Below are positions 38,901-47,687 of a stretch of 64,000 nucleotides of DNA, piece by piece (positions within the stretch are counted from its first letter, which is position 1; each line of letters opens with the position of its first letter). This stretch comes from Candidatus Hodarchaeota archaeon (GTDB taxonomy: Archaea > Asgardarchaeota > Lokiarchaeia > Sigyniarchaeales > SOKP01). The notes beneath the pieces were generated by a model, which searched no databases, had not been told where the DNA came from, and was given only the letters and a program-made list of their open reading frames with translations. The position numbers and the translations under genes are program-made. Where the stretch lies: NCBI GenBank assembly GCA_048886685.1, contig JBHLKM010000019.1, positions 20,107-84,106 of the forward strand. The letters run 5' to 3'.

Positions 38901-40071
38901 ATTATTAAGTAATGAAACAAGTAGTAAATATGAAGGGTATATACTTGGTCTAGAAATAGCAGAGGAGGTAACAAGTGCTACTATCTTATATGAATTTGAG
39001 AGAAATGAATGCCTTTATTTTCCCGATAATTCTTCATTTTTGGTAAATATAATTGATAAAAATTATGTGAGTAGTTATAAACAGTTTGATAAGACTTTTT
39101 CATTAAATCTAAATAGCAAATTCACTAATATCCAAATAACTCCAGATGATGCTAGAAGAGGAGAGATTATTAACGTTAGTTCAATTTTAACAACTGAATT
39201 TGGAGATGAGTTACCAACTAAGAATGTCACTTGTGAGTACTATGATTCTAGTTCCCACTGGGTTAGAATTGGATCTGATTTGACCAATGCTAGCGGTTCT
39301 GTCACATTCTTAATAAATACAGCAACTATAGATTTTGATGAAGAGGAAGACCTAATTTTAAAATTATCGTGGGAAGGTGATATTGTAAATGGGATTTCAA
39401 AAAATATTACCGTTGAATTAATTCAAGAGGAGAACAATTTTTCAATTTCAATTAATCAAAATGACGCAATGATATATAAAAGTAAATTTACAACATTAAA
39501 AATTACGATCAATAATTTTGGAGAGTCAAATTTGAGATTTTTTAATTATTCTGTTGATATTGAGGGTGATTTGCCATTTTCGATTGTGGAAATAAATAAT
39601 CTTGAATTGAATAGGCTTCAACCAGGTGAGAGTACAGAGATTATAATCAAGATTGAAATTCCTCAAATTAATCGACTAGAGCTGACTTTTGCAATTACAG
39701 CTCAGAATATTCTAACTGGTGAGAATATCACTGTTTCAGAATACTCCTCTTTTAAAGTATTCGATACTCCATTGTTAGATTATTTTATCGAATTGTTTAT
39801 GTTCATCATGATATCAATTTTCGCAATGATTTGGATATTAGCTGTATTCTATGGATTCAGAGTTAGAAAAAGAATAGAGGAGCCTGTTGAAACAATAGAA
39901 AGAAAACCAAGAAAAGGAAAATATGTAATGGTCTCTGATCTTAAGAAACCAGCTCCACATAAAAAAGCTCCTAAAAAGAAAGAAGAAGTTAAACCAGAGA
40001 AAAGAACCGATTTAGATTCCTTACTAGAGGAAAGAGGTTTATCTGATAAAAAGAAAAAACCAAAGAAATAA
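35983..40071 (+). CDS. Large single-pass cell-surface glycoprotein
   Basis: N-terminal hydrophobic signal, beta-rich body with many N-x-S/T sequons, C-terminal TM and Lys-rich tail. Confidence 0.75.
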   Translation: MKRVVIVVIFISIVLISNLQIIHRDNLIKENITGDDQLGELPNIADLAIDDYITGFGVDQDVRIYANNESEGLNDNQGFFKIPSITEDMYLTYGDFNFAFQNNFTTEYVLEDDDALYAEDFISFDYDKSISGITFHNGSLYAGTPDNWKDGDIGTWVEYNTDTGESVINFTIRANFTGTDFTDTGINGNIDFNRSNILGLISSLFFRVNNDVNLTIRIKDFSQSTWKEVITNLRVNSSSTRRELTEHFINENLNFIDLTSTCYIQFFFESLDLNPFIARLYEFDMQSTYAFDFPITEQKYVALEFDLKGKNSTVNGFYAWIRTLNLTEAASSQLNITLYRSNATVVRTDFNLRNVMLGPDYNELIDTQLFNYTDDKLSYFEFNIVNTQDLNLSNYFIVIKSTNPKEVYSLVTIPYFDYGEAEGRTEHQLIITEDNGVNWKFSKKVVKTDYVPTDYENSNLDASSFKINVTRGFMPSDFIFNGNKTLRIQDIPIDNQEISSYPYNESSYLTWGLGRWNNSFPTTIEDTPSNEFEVYLNWNKSIVEGFKFNVNYSVNAYWIDGAVAYYNATYNENPEWELSFNFDKTNPNFNNWDFLEFWYVYPNFMSAHNLTNPNNEEFLWLLEEESVVADNPSKLKLVVNETFSSTEGIYALNLTSYNFIKEMHSYINYYGNLWETNGFLYGDNISISVDIQDHNFNAPLNGDVNATLFYPNGTRFLSADLTSSVGVIDNSLLSYDFNNNTILDVTKELTEFGKYEIGFFWFNGSALGCKKLRIYIEAYDLELYNCTYLSDLGTNLIIGELNTKVYPTYTILIASINETTGISTPNFYPINNSDLDQTFSYDLGGQELSLLMKSFLQSEDILNPNEKVNIKTTIQNTHPFIPFDVAVNVKLVSYVNDDWIIAENTSSPVNLNFAGTSDDTYQFDVDLTIPNLNLVTYTWEGVNAPVRLGGAKTIVTLYIEDIKVGSYEIADYSLLSNETSSKYEGYILGLEIAEEVTSATILYEFERNECLYFPDNSSFLVNIIDKNYVSSYKQFDKTFSLNLNSKFTNIQITPDDARRGEIINVSSILTTEFGDELPTKNVTCEYYDSSSHWVRIGSDLTNASGSVTFLINTATIDFDEEEDLILKLSWEGDIVNGISKNITVELIQEENNFSISINQNDAMIYKSKFTTLKITINNFGESNLRFFNYSVDIEGDLPFSIVEINNLELNRLQPGESTEIIIKIEIPQINRLELTFAITAQNILTGENITVSEYSSFKVFDTPLLDYFIELFMFIMISIFAMIWILAVFYGFRVRKRIEEPVETIERKPRKGKYVMVSDLKKPAPHKKAPKKKEEVKPEKRTDLDSLLEERGLSDKKKKPKK

Positions 40072-40129
40072 ACTGTTTCTAAAACTATTTCTTTTTTATT
40101 GCTTTTGAAAAGTAGAAAATAAAATTAAA

Positions 40130-40483
40130 TTATAAATTAGATATTGATATTAAGTTTCTTTTCAAAAGCGCGAGGGAACTCCTCCCATCCGATCCAGCTA
40201 AGGCGATTAAAACATTTTTTGCAGAACCCACCAGTACAGCAAAACCATCATCTAATTCCATAGTTGTTGTTTTTAAGCCTCCCTTCCCAATATCTTTACC
40301 GAGATTATTTGAATCCTTAATAATAGTTGCACATGCCTTCGCGATTTTCCCATGATCCATTTCAGTTATAGTTTGACCAATCAATACCTTTCCATTTTCA
40401 TCAGCGGCGATCAAACCCTCACATTCAGGAACAATGTCCATAAGCTCTGCTAATTTTTGTTCTAATATTTTTTTATCAACCAT
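40130..40483 (-). CDS. Roadblock/LC7 domain protein
   Basis: L..L...P..EG.I..DENG..., G..IGKG.L.....E..DG..V pattern; 117 aa. Confidence 0.8.
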   Translation of the reverse strand: MVDKKILEQKLAELMDIVPECEGLIAADENGKVLIGQTITEMDHGKIAKACATIIKDSNNLGKDIGKGGLKTTTMELDDGFAVLVGSAKNVLIALAGSDGRSSLALLKRNLISISNL

Positions 40484-40703
40484 TTTTATAAATCCTTATA
40501 AAATAATTTGAATAGTATCGAAATTTGAAGTTAGTTAAGAAATTATCTTAAACAAATTTATACTTAAAATATATCCTTTAAGCAATTTAAATTTATCAAC
40601 TAATTAAAAAAGAGAAATTTTATTTTAAATTGTTTAATATTGTATCAAAAAAATTAAATTATACTTTTATGAGTTATTTCTTTAAAAGTTTAAGGTTGAT
40701 TTT

Positions 40704-41060
40704 ATGGATAAAGTCGATAAAGATAAAATTGAAAAGATTATTTATGATAGAGAAGAAGCGCACCAAAAATTACTTAAAAAAGGTTCAAAAGTCTATAAAT
40801 CATTTCTTGATTTAGAACGTAACGCATTCTCTGATGGGGATTTGACAAAAGTTCATAAAGAATTAATCGCTTTAGGAATATCAATTGTTATTAATTGTGA
40901 GTCATGTATCGAATGGCATATTAAAGAAGCATTGAGAAGTGGTGCTACGGAACGACAAATAATTGAAGCAATCGAAGTAAGTATTGAAATGGGAGGGGGG
41001 CCTGCTACAGTGTCGAGTAGATTTGCCTTAAAAGTGCTCGAGTATTATAGAAATAACTAA
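40704..41060 (+). CDS. Carboxymuconolactone decarboxylase (AhpD-like) protein
   Basis: KELIALGIS...NCESCI.WH...A...GAT..I.EA....MGGGP. Confidence 0.9.
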   Translation: MDKVDKDKIEKIIYDREEAHQKLLKKGSKVYKSFLDLERNAFSDGDLTKVHKELIALGISIVINCESCIEWHIKEALRSGATERQIIEAIEVSIEMGGGPATVSSRFALKVLEYYRNN

Positions 41061-41125
41061 TATCTACTTTCTTTTTTTTATTTTCTTAAAAAAAGGAAAA
41101 TTGAAAAAATAACAATTAATAGGAT

Positions 41126-41416
41126 TTATTTTAGAATAATTAAAATCAAATTTTCTTCCAATGCAACCATTGTTTCTCCTTTAGAGGTTTCCAATCTTAT
41201 AAAGCTCAGTTCTCCTTCTTTTAACGCCTCAACCACCTGTTTACCTTTCCCAATAAGAGATGTGACATAAGCAGCAACCTCTTCGCTAAGTTCGATCTCC
41301 ATATTTGAATCAATTGGTAAACCGCTGGAATCACAGATGATTACTCCCCGTATCCCTTCGCGTTCCTCGAAACGTCGGATTATAGCTTTAACTTCTGCTC
41401 TATTTATCAAATTCAA
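41126..41416 (-). CDS. Roadblock/LC7 domain protein
   Basis: GIRGVIICDSSGLPI.S, L.FIRLETSKGE.MV. Confidence 0.88.
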   Translation of the reverse strand: MNLINRAEVKAIIRRFEEREGIRGVIICDSSGLPIDSNMEIELSEEVAAYVTSLIGKGKQVVEALKEGELSFIRLETSKGETMVALEENLILIILK

Positions 41417-41508
41417 TTACACCTTAAGGAATATATTCTAAATTTTTATAATTTATATAATAATAGATTAAGGGTTTTTAAAAATTTATATTAAAGTAAC
41501 ATTTTATC

Positions 41509-42135
41509 TTAAAGAAAGTAGTCTTTAAACATATTATGATGCCTTTCTTCTCCTACAGAGGTAAGAAACCCTTGATAAGAATGACCTGAGAATATAAGAA
41601 AATTATCCGTAATTTCGGGATTATACATGATTTTATTTTTAATAGACGAAAATAGTTGGTTTGAGTTCCCTCCGCCGAAATCTGATCTCCCAATACTCCT
41701 CCGAAAAATTAAATCCCCCGTGAAAATGATACCATCAATTTTTTGTCCTTTATACTCTTTTACATCTTTTGAATAAAAACATAACGAATCAGGTGCATGT
41801 CCCGGAGTTTCTAAGATATGTAAACTTAATTCTCCAATTTTAATTATGACTCCTTCTTTTAAATTACATTCGCTTTTAGAAAATCTCCTAGATTTTTCAT
41901 GGGCTCTTATAGGAATCTCGTAATAATTTGATACAACCCCTGCAGCACCTACATGATCTCCGTGACCATGTGTAATTAAAATAGAGATTGGTTTTACATC
42001 TAAATCGTCAACAGTCTTGATGATTCTTTCTGGTTCACTACCAGGGTCAATAATTACAACTTCTTTTGTTTTTGAAGAACCAAAAATGTACGTATTGGTA
42101 ATATACATTCCAACAACAAGGTGTTTTAAAATCAA
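41509..42135 (-). CDS. MBL-fold metallo-hydrolase (glyoxalase II-like)
   Basis: IIDPG, THGHGDHVG, TPGHA, FTGD..F..SIGR.D, SGH. Confidence 0.9.
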   Translation of the reverse strand: MILKHLVVGMYITNTYIFGSSKTKEVVIIDPGSEPERIIKTVDDLDVKPISILITHGHGDHVGAAGVVSNYYEIPIRAHEKSRRFSKSECNLKEGVIIKIGELSLHILETPGHAPDSLCFYSKDVKEYKGQKIDGIIFTGDLIFRRSIGRSDFGGGNSNQLFSSIKNKIMYNPEITDNFLIFSGHSYQGFLTSVGEERHHNMFKDYFL

Positions 42136-42180
42136 AATTCAAGCTCTATTTATAATTAGAAGTAAAAATAAAATAGGGAT

Positions 42181-42462
42181 TTATTTTTTAACTAACTCGT
42201 TAATTTCATTTAACTTAGAATATACTTTTAAACCCTTTTCAGTTAGTTTAATATGTTTAACCTTGTTATTTTGCTCTATTTCAATAAGTCCCTTTTTGAT
42301 TAGTTCATCTTTCACTCTAAAAAACGAATTATAATATGAGAATTTATTCAATTCATTATAAAAAGTGTGCTTATCTAGCTTATTATTATTCTTTGTAAGC
42401 ACATAGAGTGTGTCCTTAAAACCCTTCTTCTTTAAAAGTCCGATTAAGTCTTCAAATATCAT
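42181..42462 (-). CDS. Small winged-helix protein
   Basis: L.KKGLI....K.IKLTEKG..V wing motif. Confidence 0.7.
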   Translation of the reverse strand: MIFEDLIGLLKKKGFKDTLYVLTKNNNKLDKHTFYNELNKFSYYNSFFRVKDELIKKGLIEIEQNNKVKHIKLTEKGLKVYSKLNEINELVKK

Positions 42463-42529
42463 TTTTCTTTTTCTATCTCCTATACCTAATTAAAATGTTT
42501 ATACTTATTTGTAATTGAAAATTAAAAAC

Positions 42530-42549
42530 CACTTAAAAAATCTTTGATC
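42530..42549 (+). repeat. 20 bp direct repeat, left copy (pairs with 43836-43855)
   Basis: cacttaaaaaatctttgatc vs cacttaaaaaacctttgatc. Confidence 0.65.
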
Positions 42550-42676
42550 CAATTGAACCTATTTTTCAGAGTCTATAACAAAGATATATGATAAAGATTT
42601 ATGTCTATGGAGACTACATTTTTTTCAATACGATGGATCTTTAATTTTAAATTTTCCTTTAGTTCTTTCTCTCTAA

Positions 42677-43597
42677 TTATTCTTCTTTTGGAGTTTTCTG
42701 TTTAATTCTCTTTTTACCGTTTTTAAATTTTTTTTTCAATTTTGATGTACTTTCTTTAATTTTTTCTTTCACTCGACTGAATTTTGCTTTAAACTGTTCT
42801 GGATTCTTTTTATAGTAATATAGAGTAATACCTCCTGTTGTAGATACAATGCTTATAGTTACAATGACACCCACAGCTATATTTATAATATTACTATCAA
42901 AACCACCATTACCACCATCCTCAATAATCAAACTAAATTTTATCGAGAAATCATTAACGCTTGAAGGTAATTCATTATAAGAACTATAATTATTTCCATC
43001 TCCATAATTTAATCCACATGCATAAGTACTTATATTTTGTAATAGATCATAATTAAAGACAATATCTCCATCATTATATAAAATAGCTTCAAAAGAACCT
43101 GCAAATGAACCATTATCATGATTAAAATTGTCCCAAGTAACTACCCAGTATGAAGTATAATTTTTGATATAAATATTACCTGATGTACCATCTAAGTTAG
43201 TCCAGTATGGTGCAATAATGTTTTGTCTGTGTGGATGACTTGAAGGTATTATTCCAGCTGTTTGTACGGATTTAAATGAAAAAGTAAGATAACCCTCGGT
43301 AACAATATGGATTTCTTCAAAAATGTCGTCATAAAAAGTAAAATTAAATGGAAGTGTAGTTGAAGCTGAATCATCATCACCTAATATCAATTCAGTTCCG
43401 CTAGAAGCGTCTATCCAATTAAAAGGATTACCTAATGTAATTTTATATCTAGTTGGGCCCGCATTTATATTAATTTGGGAAATTTTTTGGTTAGCTGGAC
43501 TTTTAAGTGTTATAGTAGATAAAAGTATTCCAAGGATTAGAAAAAACAATGTAATTAGGTAAGTTTTAAGTTTAATTTTAGAATTATTTATAATCAT
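42677..43597 (-). CDS. Membrane-anchored extracellular protein with nidogen(NIDO)-like domain
   Basis: DDDS....LPFNFTFY, GYLTF, IIAPYW..L, VVTW, FEAILY..G.I.F.Y; N- and C-terminal hydrophobic segments. Confidence 0.7.
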   Translation of the reverse strand: MIINNSKIKLKTYLITLFFLILGILLSTITLKSPANQKISQININAGPTRYKITLGNPFNWIDASSGTELILGDDDSASTTLPFNFTFYDDIFEEIHIVTEGYLTFSFKSVQTAGIIPSSHPHRQNIIAPYWTNLDGTSGNIYIKNYTSYWVVTWDNFNHDNGSFAGSFEAILYNDGDIVFNYDLLQNISTYACGLNYGDGNNYSSYNELPSSVNDFSIKFSLIIEDGGNGGFDSNIINIAVGVIVTISIVSTTGGITLYYYKKNPEQFKAKFSRVKEKIKESTSKLKKKFKNGKKRIKQKTPKEE

Positions 43598-43835
43598 AAT
43601 TTTCCTCCCAGAAAGATTCTTTCTAATAATATTATTGTGATTATATTATTTTAAATTGAGTGTTATCCTCACAGATAATAATATTAAAACGCCTAATAAT
43701 TCTCAAGAATAATGAATAATTATTATTTTATAGTTAAAGTAATCCAGCGTATCTGGGAGATTTAGAATCAATTTACCATCCGAAAATCTCCAGACTGCTA
43801 ACAATTCCAGATTTTTTGCTTGAGGTCCCTGCAAA

Positions 43836-43855
43836 CACTTAAAAAACCTTTGATC
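43836..43855 (+). repeat. 20 bp direct repeat, right copy
   Basis: 1 mismatch to 42530-42549. Confidence 0.65.
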
Positions 43856-43978
43856 TAAATTTCGTTCAATTCTACTTATATTTTTTAACCAAATGAGGTA
43901 TAGAATTATCCAACATTTAAGTGGTAAATGAACAATGTTTAATTTTATAACATAAAATTAAAAAAAAAAGACTTAAAT

Positions 43979-44197
43979 ATGAATAATTTATATAATTTAA
44001 TAATGCTGAAAAAAGAATTAAGTGAACAAATTAATAGAAGAGGTGATATTGGAAAGTTAAACATAAGCTCAATTTTGATTAGAAGTATTGAAGAAAGTGA
44101 TAAAAAAATTAATGAAATTCCCAAACTAAAATTCTGTAAAATAAAAGAAAGAATATTAGAAAATTACATTTATGGGAAAATTGAAAAGTCATCATAA
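43979..44197 (+). CDS. Small hypothetical protein
   Basis: 72 aa ATG ORF in an otherwise empty gap; no motif recognised. Confidence 0.35.
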   Translation: MNNLYNLIMLKKELSEQINRRGDIGKLNISSILIRSIEESDKKINEIPKLKFCKIKERILENYIYGKIEKSS

Positions 44198-44290
44198 AGA
44201 AGATTAAATTAATCTCTCTCCTTATTTTTCTCTTTTTTATTTATAATACGATAATTTCTTAATGATCAATTTGCTTTATTAATTATACTT

Positions 44291-45190
44291 ATGACAAATT
44301 TAGCCCCCGACATAGTAATTTTGGGACACTTAGCAAAGGATATTATCGAGGTTGATGGTAATAGCTACACTTCATTAGGGGGTTCAGTTTATTACGGGGG
44401 AATAGCTGGAAGTCATATGGGGCTTAAAATATCAGTTATTACAAGGCTAAAAAAAGAAGATTTTCCATTTCTAGAGATATTTAGAAAAAATGGAATAAAA
44501 TATTACGCATATCAATCAGAAGAGACTTCAGGCTTAAGAAATATATATTCTTCAGATAATATGGAATTTAGAGATTATAGACCAATTGGATTCGCAGGGC
44601 TTTTTAAGAAAGAAGAAATAATCGACGAGATAAATCCAAAATTCTTTGTTATTGCCCCTATTATTGCTGGTGAAATAGATTTAGAAGTATTAGAGTATCT
44701 TAAAAGCAAGTATCCCTCAAATTTATGTTTAGACATCCAAGGATTCATCAGATTTAGAGACGAGACAAAAGTTTTTTATAAATCATTGTCGCTTAAAGAA
44801 AAGAAACAGATTATCTCGCAGATTCATGTACTAAAATTAGATCAAACTGAAGCAGAAGTTTTAACTAGCCAGAAAGAAATTAGTACTGCTGCCAAAGAGT
44901 TAATAACTTTTGGTCCTAAAGAAATTTTAATAACTCATGAGGAAGGTATATCTATTTATACTTCAAATGAATCATATAAATTTCTATGGAAGAATAAAAA
45001 TTCTGATGGAAGAACTGGGAGAGGAGATACTGCTTTTATTAGTTATTTAGGATCACGAATCACAAAAAATCCTGAACAATCATTAAAATTTGCAGCAGCT
45101 CTTACATCCCTTAAGTTAGAAACTCCCGGACCCTACAATTTGCCTTTGTATCAAGTTGAAAATTTGATTAAAGAAAAATATGAGGAATAA
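44291..45190 (+). CDS. PfkB family carbohydrate kinase
   Basis: G....D, LGGSVYY, D.QG, TGRGDTAF anion-hole motif. Confidence 0.85.
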   Translation: MTNLAPDIVILGHLAKDIIEVDGNSYTSLGGSVYYGGIAGSHMGLKISVITRLKKEDFPFLEIFRKNGIKYYAYQSEETSGLRNIYSSDNMEFRDYRPIGFAGLFKKEEIIDEINPKFFVIAPIIAGEIDLEVLEYLKSKYPSNLCLDIQGFIRFRDETKVFYKSLSLKEKKQIISQIHVLKLDQTEAEVLTSQKEISTAAKELITFGPKEILITHEEGISIYTSNESYKFLWKNKNSDGRTGRGDTAFISYLGSRITKNPEQSLKFAAALTSLKLETPGPYNLPLYQVENLIKEKYEE

Positions 45191-45192
45191 TA

Positions 45193-45939
45193 ATGAAAAT
45201 AGGGGGAATTATTGATATATCAACAAAGGATATTCCTCATAGATCTAGTATGGTTATTTTCACAGTGGGGTGTAATTTTAAGTGTGAGTTTTGTCATAAT
45301 AAATATCTTTTACTACCTAATGTTGGTAGAGATTATACAATCAAAGAAGTAATAGATAAAATCAGTACTAATTCATTAGTAAGCGGTGTGAGTATTAGTG
45401 GAGGAGAGCCAACACTACAGGAGGATTTAGGGGAACTTTGTAAAAAAATTCAAAAAAATGGAAAATTTCTAAGCATTGACACTAATGGTTCAAACCCGGA
45501 GGTAATAAAGAAGATCACTCCCTTTATAGATAGAATCGCATTAGATTTAAAAGGACCACTTGAAACGAATAAATTGGAAAAAATTACAGGTGTTAAAGTG
45601 GAGATAGGGAAAATTAAGGAGACAATAGAATTTTTAAAGACGCAAAATAAAATAGATTTTGAAATACGTACAACCTACGTGGAAAGATTATTGAACTCTG
45701 ATGATTTCAGTGAAATTATGAAATATCTTGAAAGTGTTGGATTTAAAGGCAATTTTGTACTGCAACAATATCAATTTTTTGAAGGCGTAGGTGAGGAATT
45801 TAAGAAAATATTTTCAAAACCAGAACATGATCTATTAGTGAATCTTTTGAAACCTTATAAAGACGAAAAATTATCGTTTAAGATCTTTTTAAGGGATGAG
45901 ATTGTTGGATATTGTAATATTAATGAAATTTTTACTTAA
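45193..45939 (+). CDS. Radical SAM glycyl-radical activating enzyme (NrdG-like)
   Basis: FTVGCNFKCEFCHN, SGGEPTLQ, DTNGS, D.K, EIRTT. Confidence 0.88.
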   Translation: MKIGGIIDISTKDIPHRSSMVIFTVGCNFKCEFCHNKYLLLPNVGRDYTIKEVIDKISTNSLVSGVSISGGEPTLQEDLGELCKKIQKNGKFLSIDTNGSNPEVIKKITPFIDRIALDLKGPLETNKLEKITGVKVEIGKIKETIEFLKTQNKIDFEIRTTYVERLLNSDDFSEIMKYLESVGFKGNFVLQQYQFFEGVGEEFKKIFSKPEHDLLVNLLKPYKDEKLSFKIFLRDEIVGYCNINEIFT

Positions 45940-45941
45940 TT

Positions 45942-47273
45942 TTAAATTTTACTAAGTGTTTTTGTTTCTATTCTTGATTTCATAGCATAGAAAACTCCGA
46001 TTCCACAAAAGATTATTATCACTTGAATAAGGATAATTAACCAATCGAAAGTAAATAATAGAGCAATACAGATTATGGAGCCTAATAATGCAATTATAGG
46101 AATTCCTTTGTAACTTGGTTTTAATTCAAAGGGTCTTTCAAAGTCTGGTTTCTTTTTCCTTAAAGCAATCAAACTTACATTGACTAAGAAAAAGTTAATA
46201 AGTACTCCAAATACAGTGGCATGTGCAACTATTGAAATATCGCCAAATAATACAGGAATAATCGTAAAACACATAGTTAGTACTACCGAGGTTGTTGGAG
46301 TTCTAAATTCTGGCGATATTTCACTTAATTCTTCTGGTAATGCTTTATCTCTAGCCATACCATACATCATACGAGAAGTTACGATTAACATTATAAGAAC
46401 CGTATTTGCTGTAGCAAACAATGCAATAAAAGACATTACCATTCCACCTCCAGGTCCTAAAACTTCTGTAGCGACTTCATTTAAAGGAGCATCTGAATCT
46501 GCAAGATCACTAGGTGGTAATATACTAACAACTGAAATAGCAGTAAAGCAATAAAGAACAGTTGTAATAATAATTGAATAAATTATGGCTTTAGGAATAT
46601 TTTTTTGAGGATTTTTAACTTCTTCAGCTATATTAGCAATATCTTCAAAACCTATATACGCAAAAAAGATTAAAGCAACTGCAGAAAAGATTGCGCCAAT
46701 TGATGCTCCTGAGGGGAGTACAAAATAATTTGGTTCACTTTTTCCAAAAAAACCGAGTATAATAATAATGATTAAACCTAACGCTTCAACTAATGTAAAT
46801 ACGATATTAGTTCTAGTGGAGGTCTTGATTCCAAGTGAATTTATAATACTAAGGGCTATAACAAGCAAAATACCAAAACTTATAATTATAAATATTGAAG
46901 GTACATTGATTAAATCGGCCAGATAACCACCAAAAGCTAAAGCGACTGTAGCTGCAGATAAAATCCCTGAAAAGATGATTATCCAACCTAATATGAAAGA
47001 GAGTATCCGGATTTTAAATGCTTCCTCGGTGTATACAAACTCCGCAGCACTTTTAGGGTACATTGCAGAAAGTTCGGCATATGATAATCCTGTTAGTGCC
47101 CCTGTAATTGATGCTAATACAAAAGCTAACCATGATATATTGCCCGTTTTTCCTACGACTTCACCTATTAAGGCATATATTCCTGCTCCTAATACATTCC
47201 CAACACCGTATATAGTAAGGGCAAATAATGAAACTCTACGCTTTAATTTTGGTGGTTTTTTAACTTCTTCCAT
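45942..47273 (-). CDS. APC family amino acid permease
   Basis: G..LGAGIY, YAELS..YP, FFAYIGFE...AEE.KNP...P.A; about 12 TM helices. Confidence 0.92.
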   Translation of the reverse strand: MEEVKKPPKLKRRVSLFALTIYGVGNVLGAGIYALIGEVVGKTGNISWLAFVLASITGALTGLSYAELSAMYPKSAAEFVYTEEAFKIRILSFILGWIIIFSGILSAATVALAFGGYLADLINVPSIFIIISFGILLVIALSIINSLGIKTSTRTNIVFTLVEALGLIIIIILGFFGKSEPNYFVLPSGASIGAIFSAVALIFFAYIGFEDIANIAEEVKNPQKNIPKAIIYSIIITTVLYCFTAISVVSILPPSDLADSDAPLNEVATEVLGPGGGMVMSFIALFATANTVLIMLIVTSRMMYGMARDKALPEELSEISPEFRTPTTSVVLTMCFTIIPVLFGDISIVAHATVFGVLINFFLVNVSLIALRKKKPDFERPFELKPSYKGIPIIALLGSIICIALLFTFDWLIILIQVIIIFCGIGVFYAMKSRIETKTLSKI

Positions 47274-47687
47274 GAATATTCCCTTTTTAAAGATATTTCT
47301 ATTTCTATTTTTTTCTTAAATATTCAATTTTATATAAATTTAAATACAATAATTCCAAAGAAAAAAATAGGTTTCTGTTATGCTTCTCTTTGCTTCAATT
47401 TTTAAGGTATGCGATCAACCAATTTTTTCAGGTCTTGTTATGCATGGTTCTTGAATATGTTTATGCATTTTTCCCTGTTTTCTCATATATTATTATATAT
47501 TATTAATTGAAGTAATTATATATTATATTAGGAGATTAGTCATGTTTTTGTCTAAATTTTACAAAAACAGTTCTTCTCTTTACCTCCTAATTATGTTACC
47601 ATTTGTAATCTTTTATATGCGAGTCTTTTTTAGAATTATATAACATATATAGTTGGAAAAAAAACATTCCATCTTTCTTGATGATTA

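Noticed and set aside
43733-43802. Hairpin as an integron attC site
   Set aside because: The GTT/AAC ends are in the wrong order, and there is no integrase or cassette array.
47340-47486. Short minus-strand ORF with an internal TGA as a possible selenoprotein
   Set aside because: No redox motif context, homology or recognisable SECIS.
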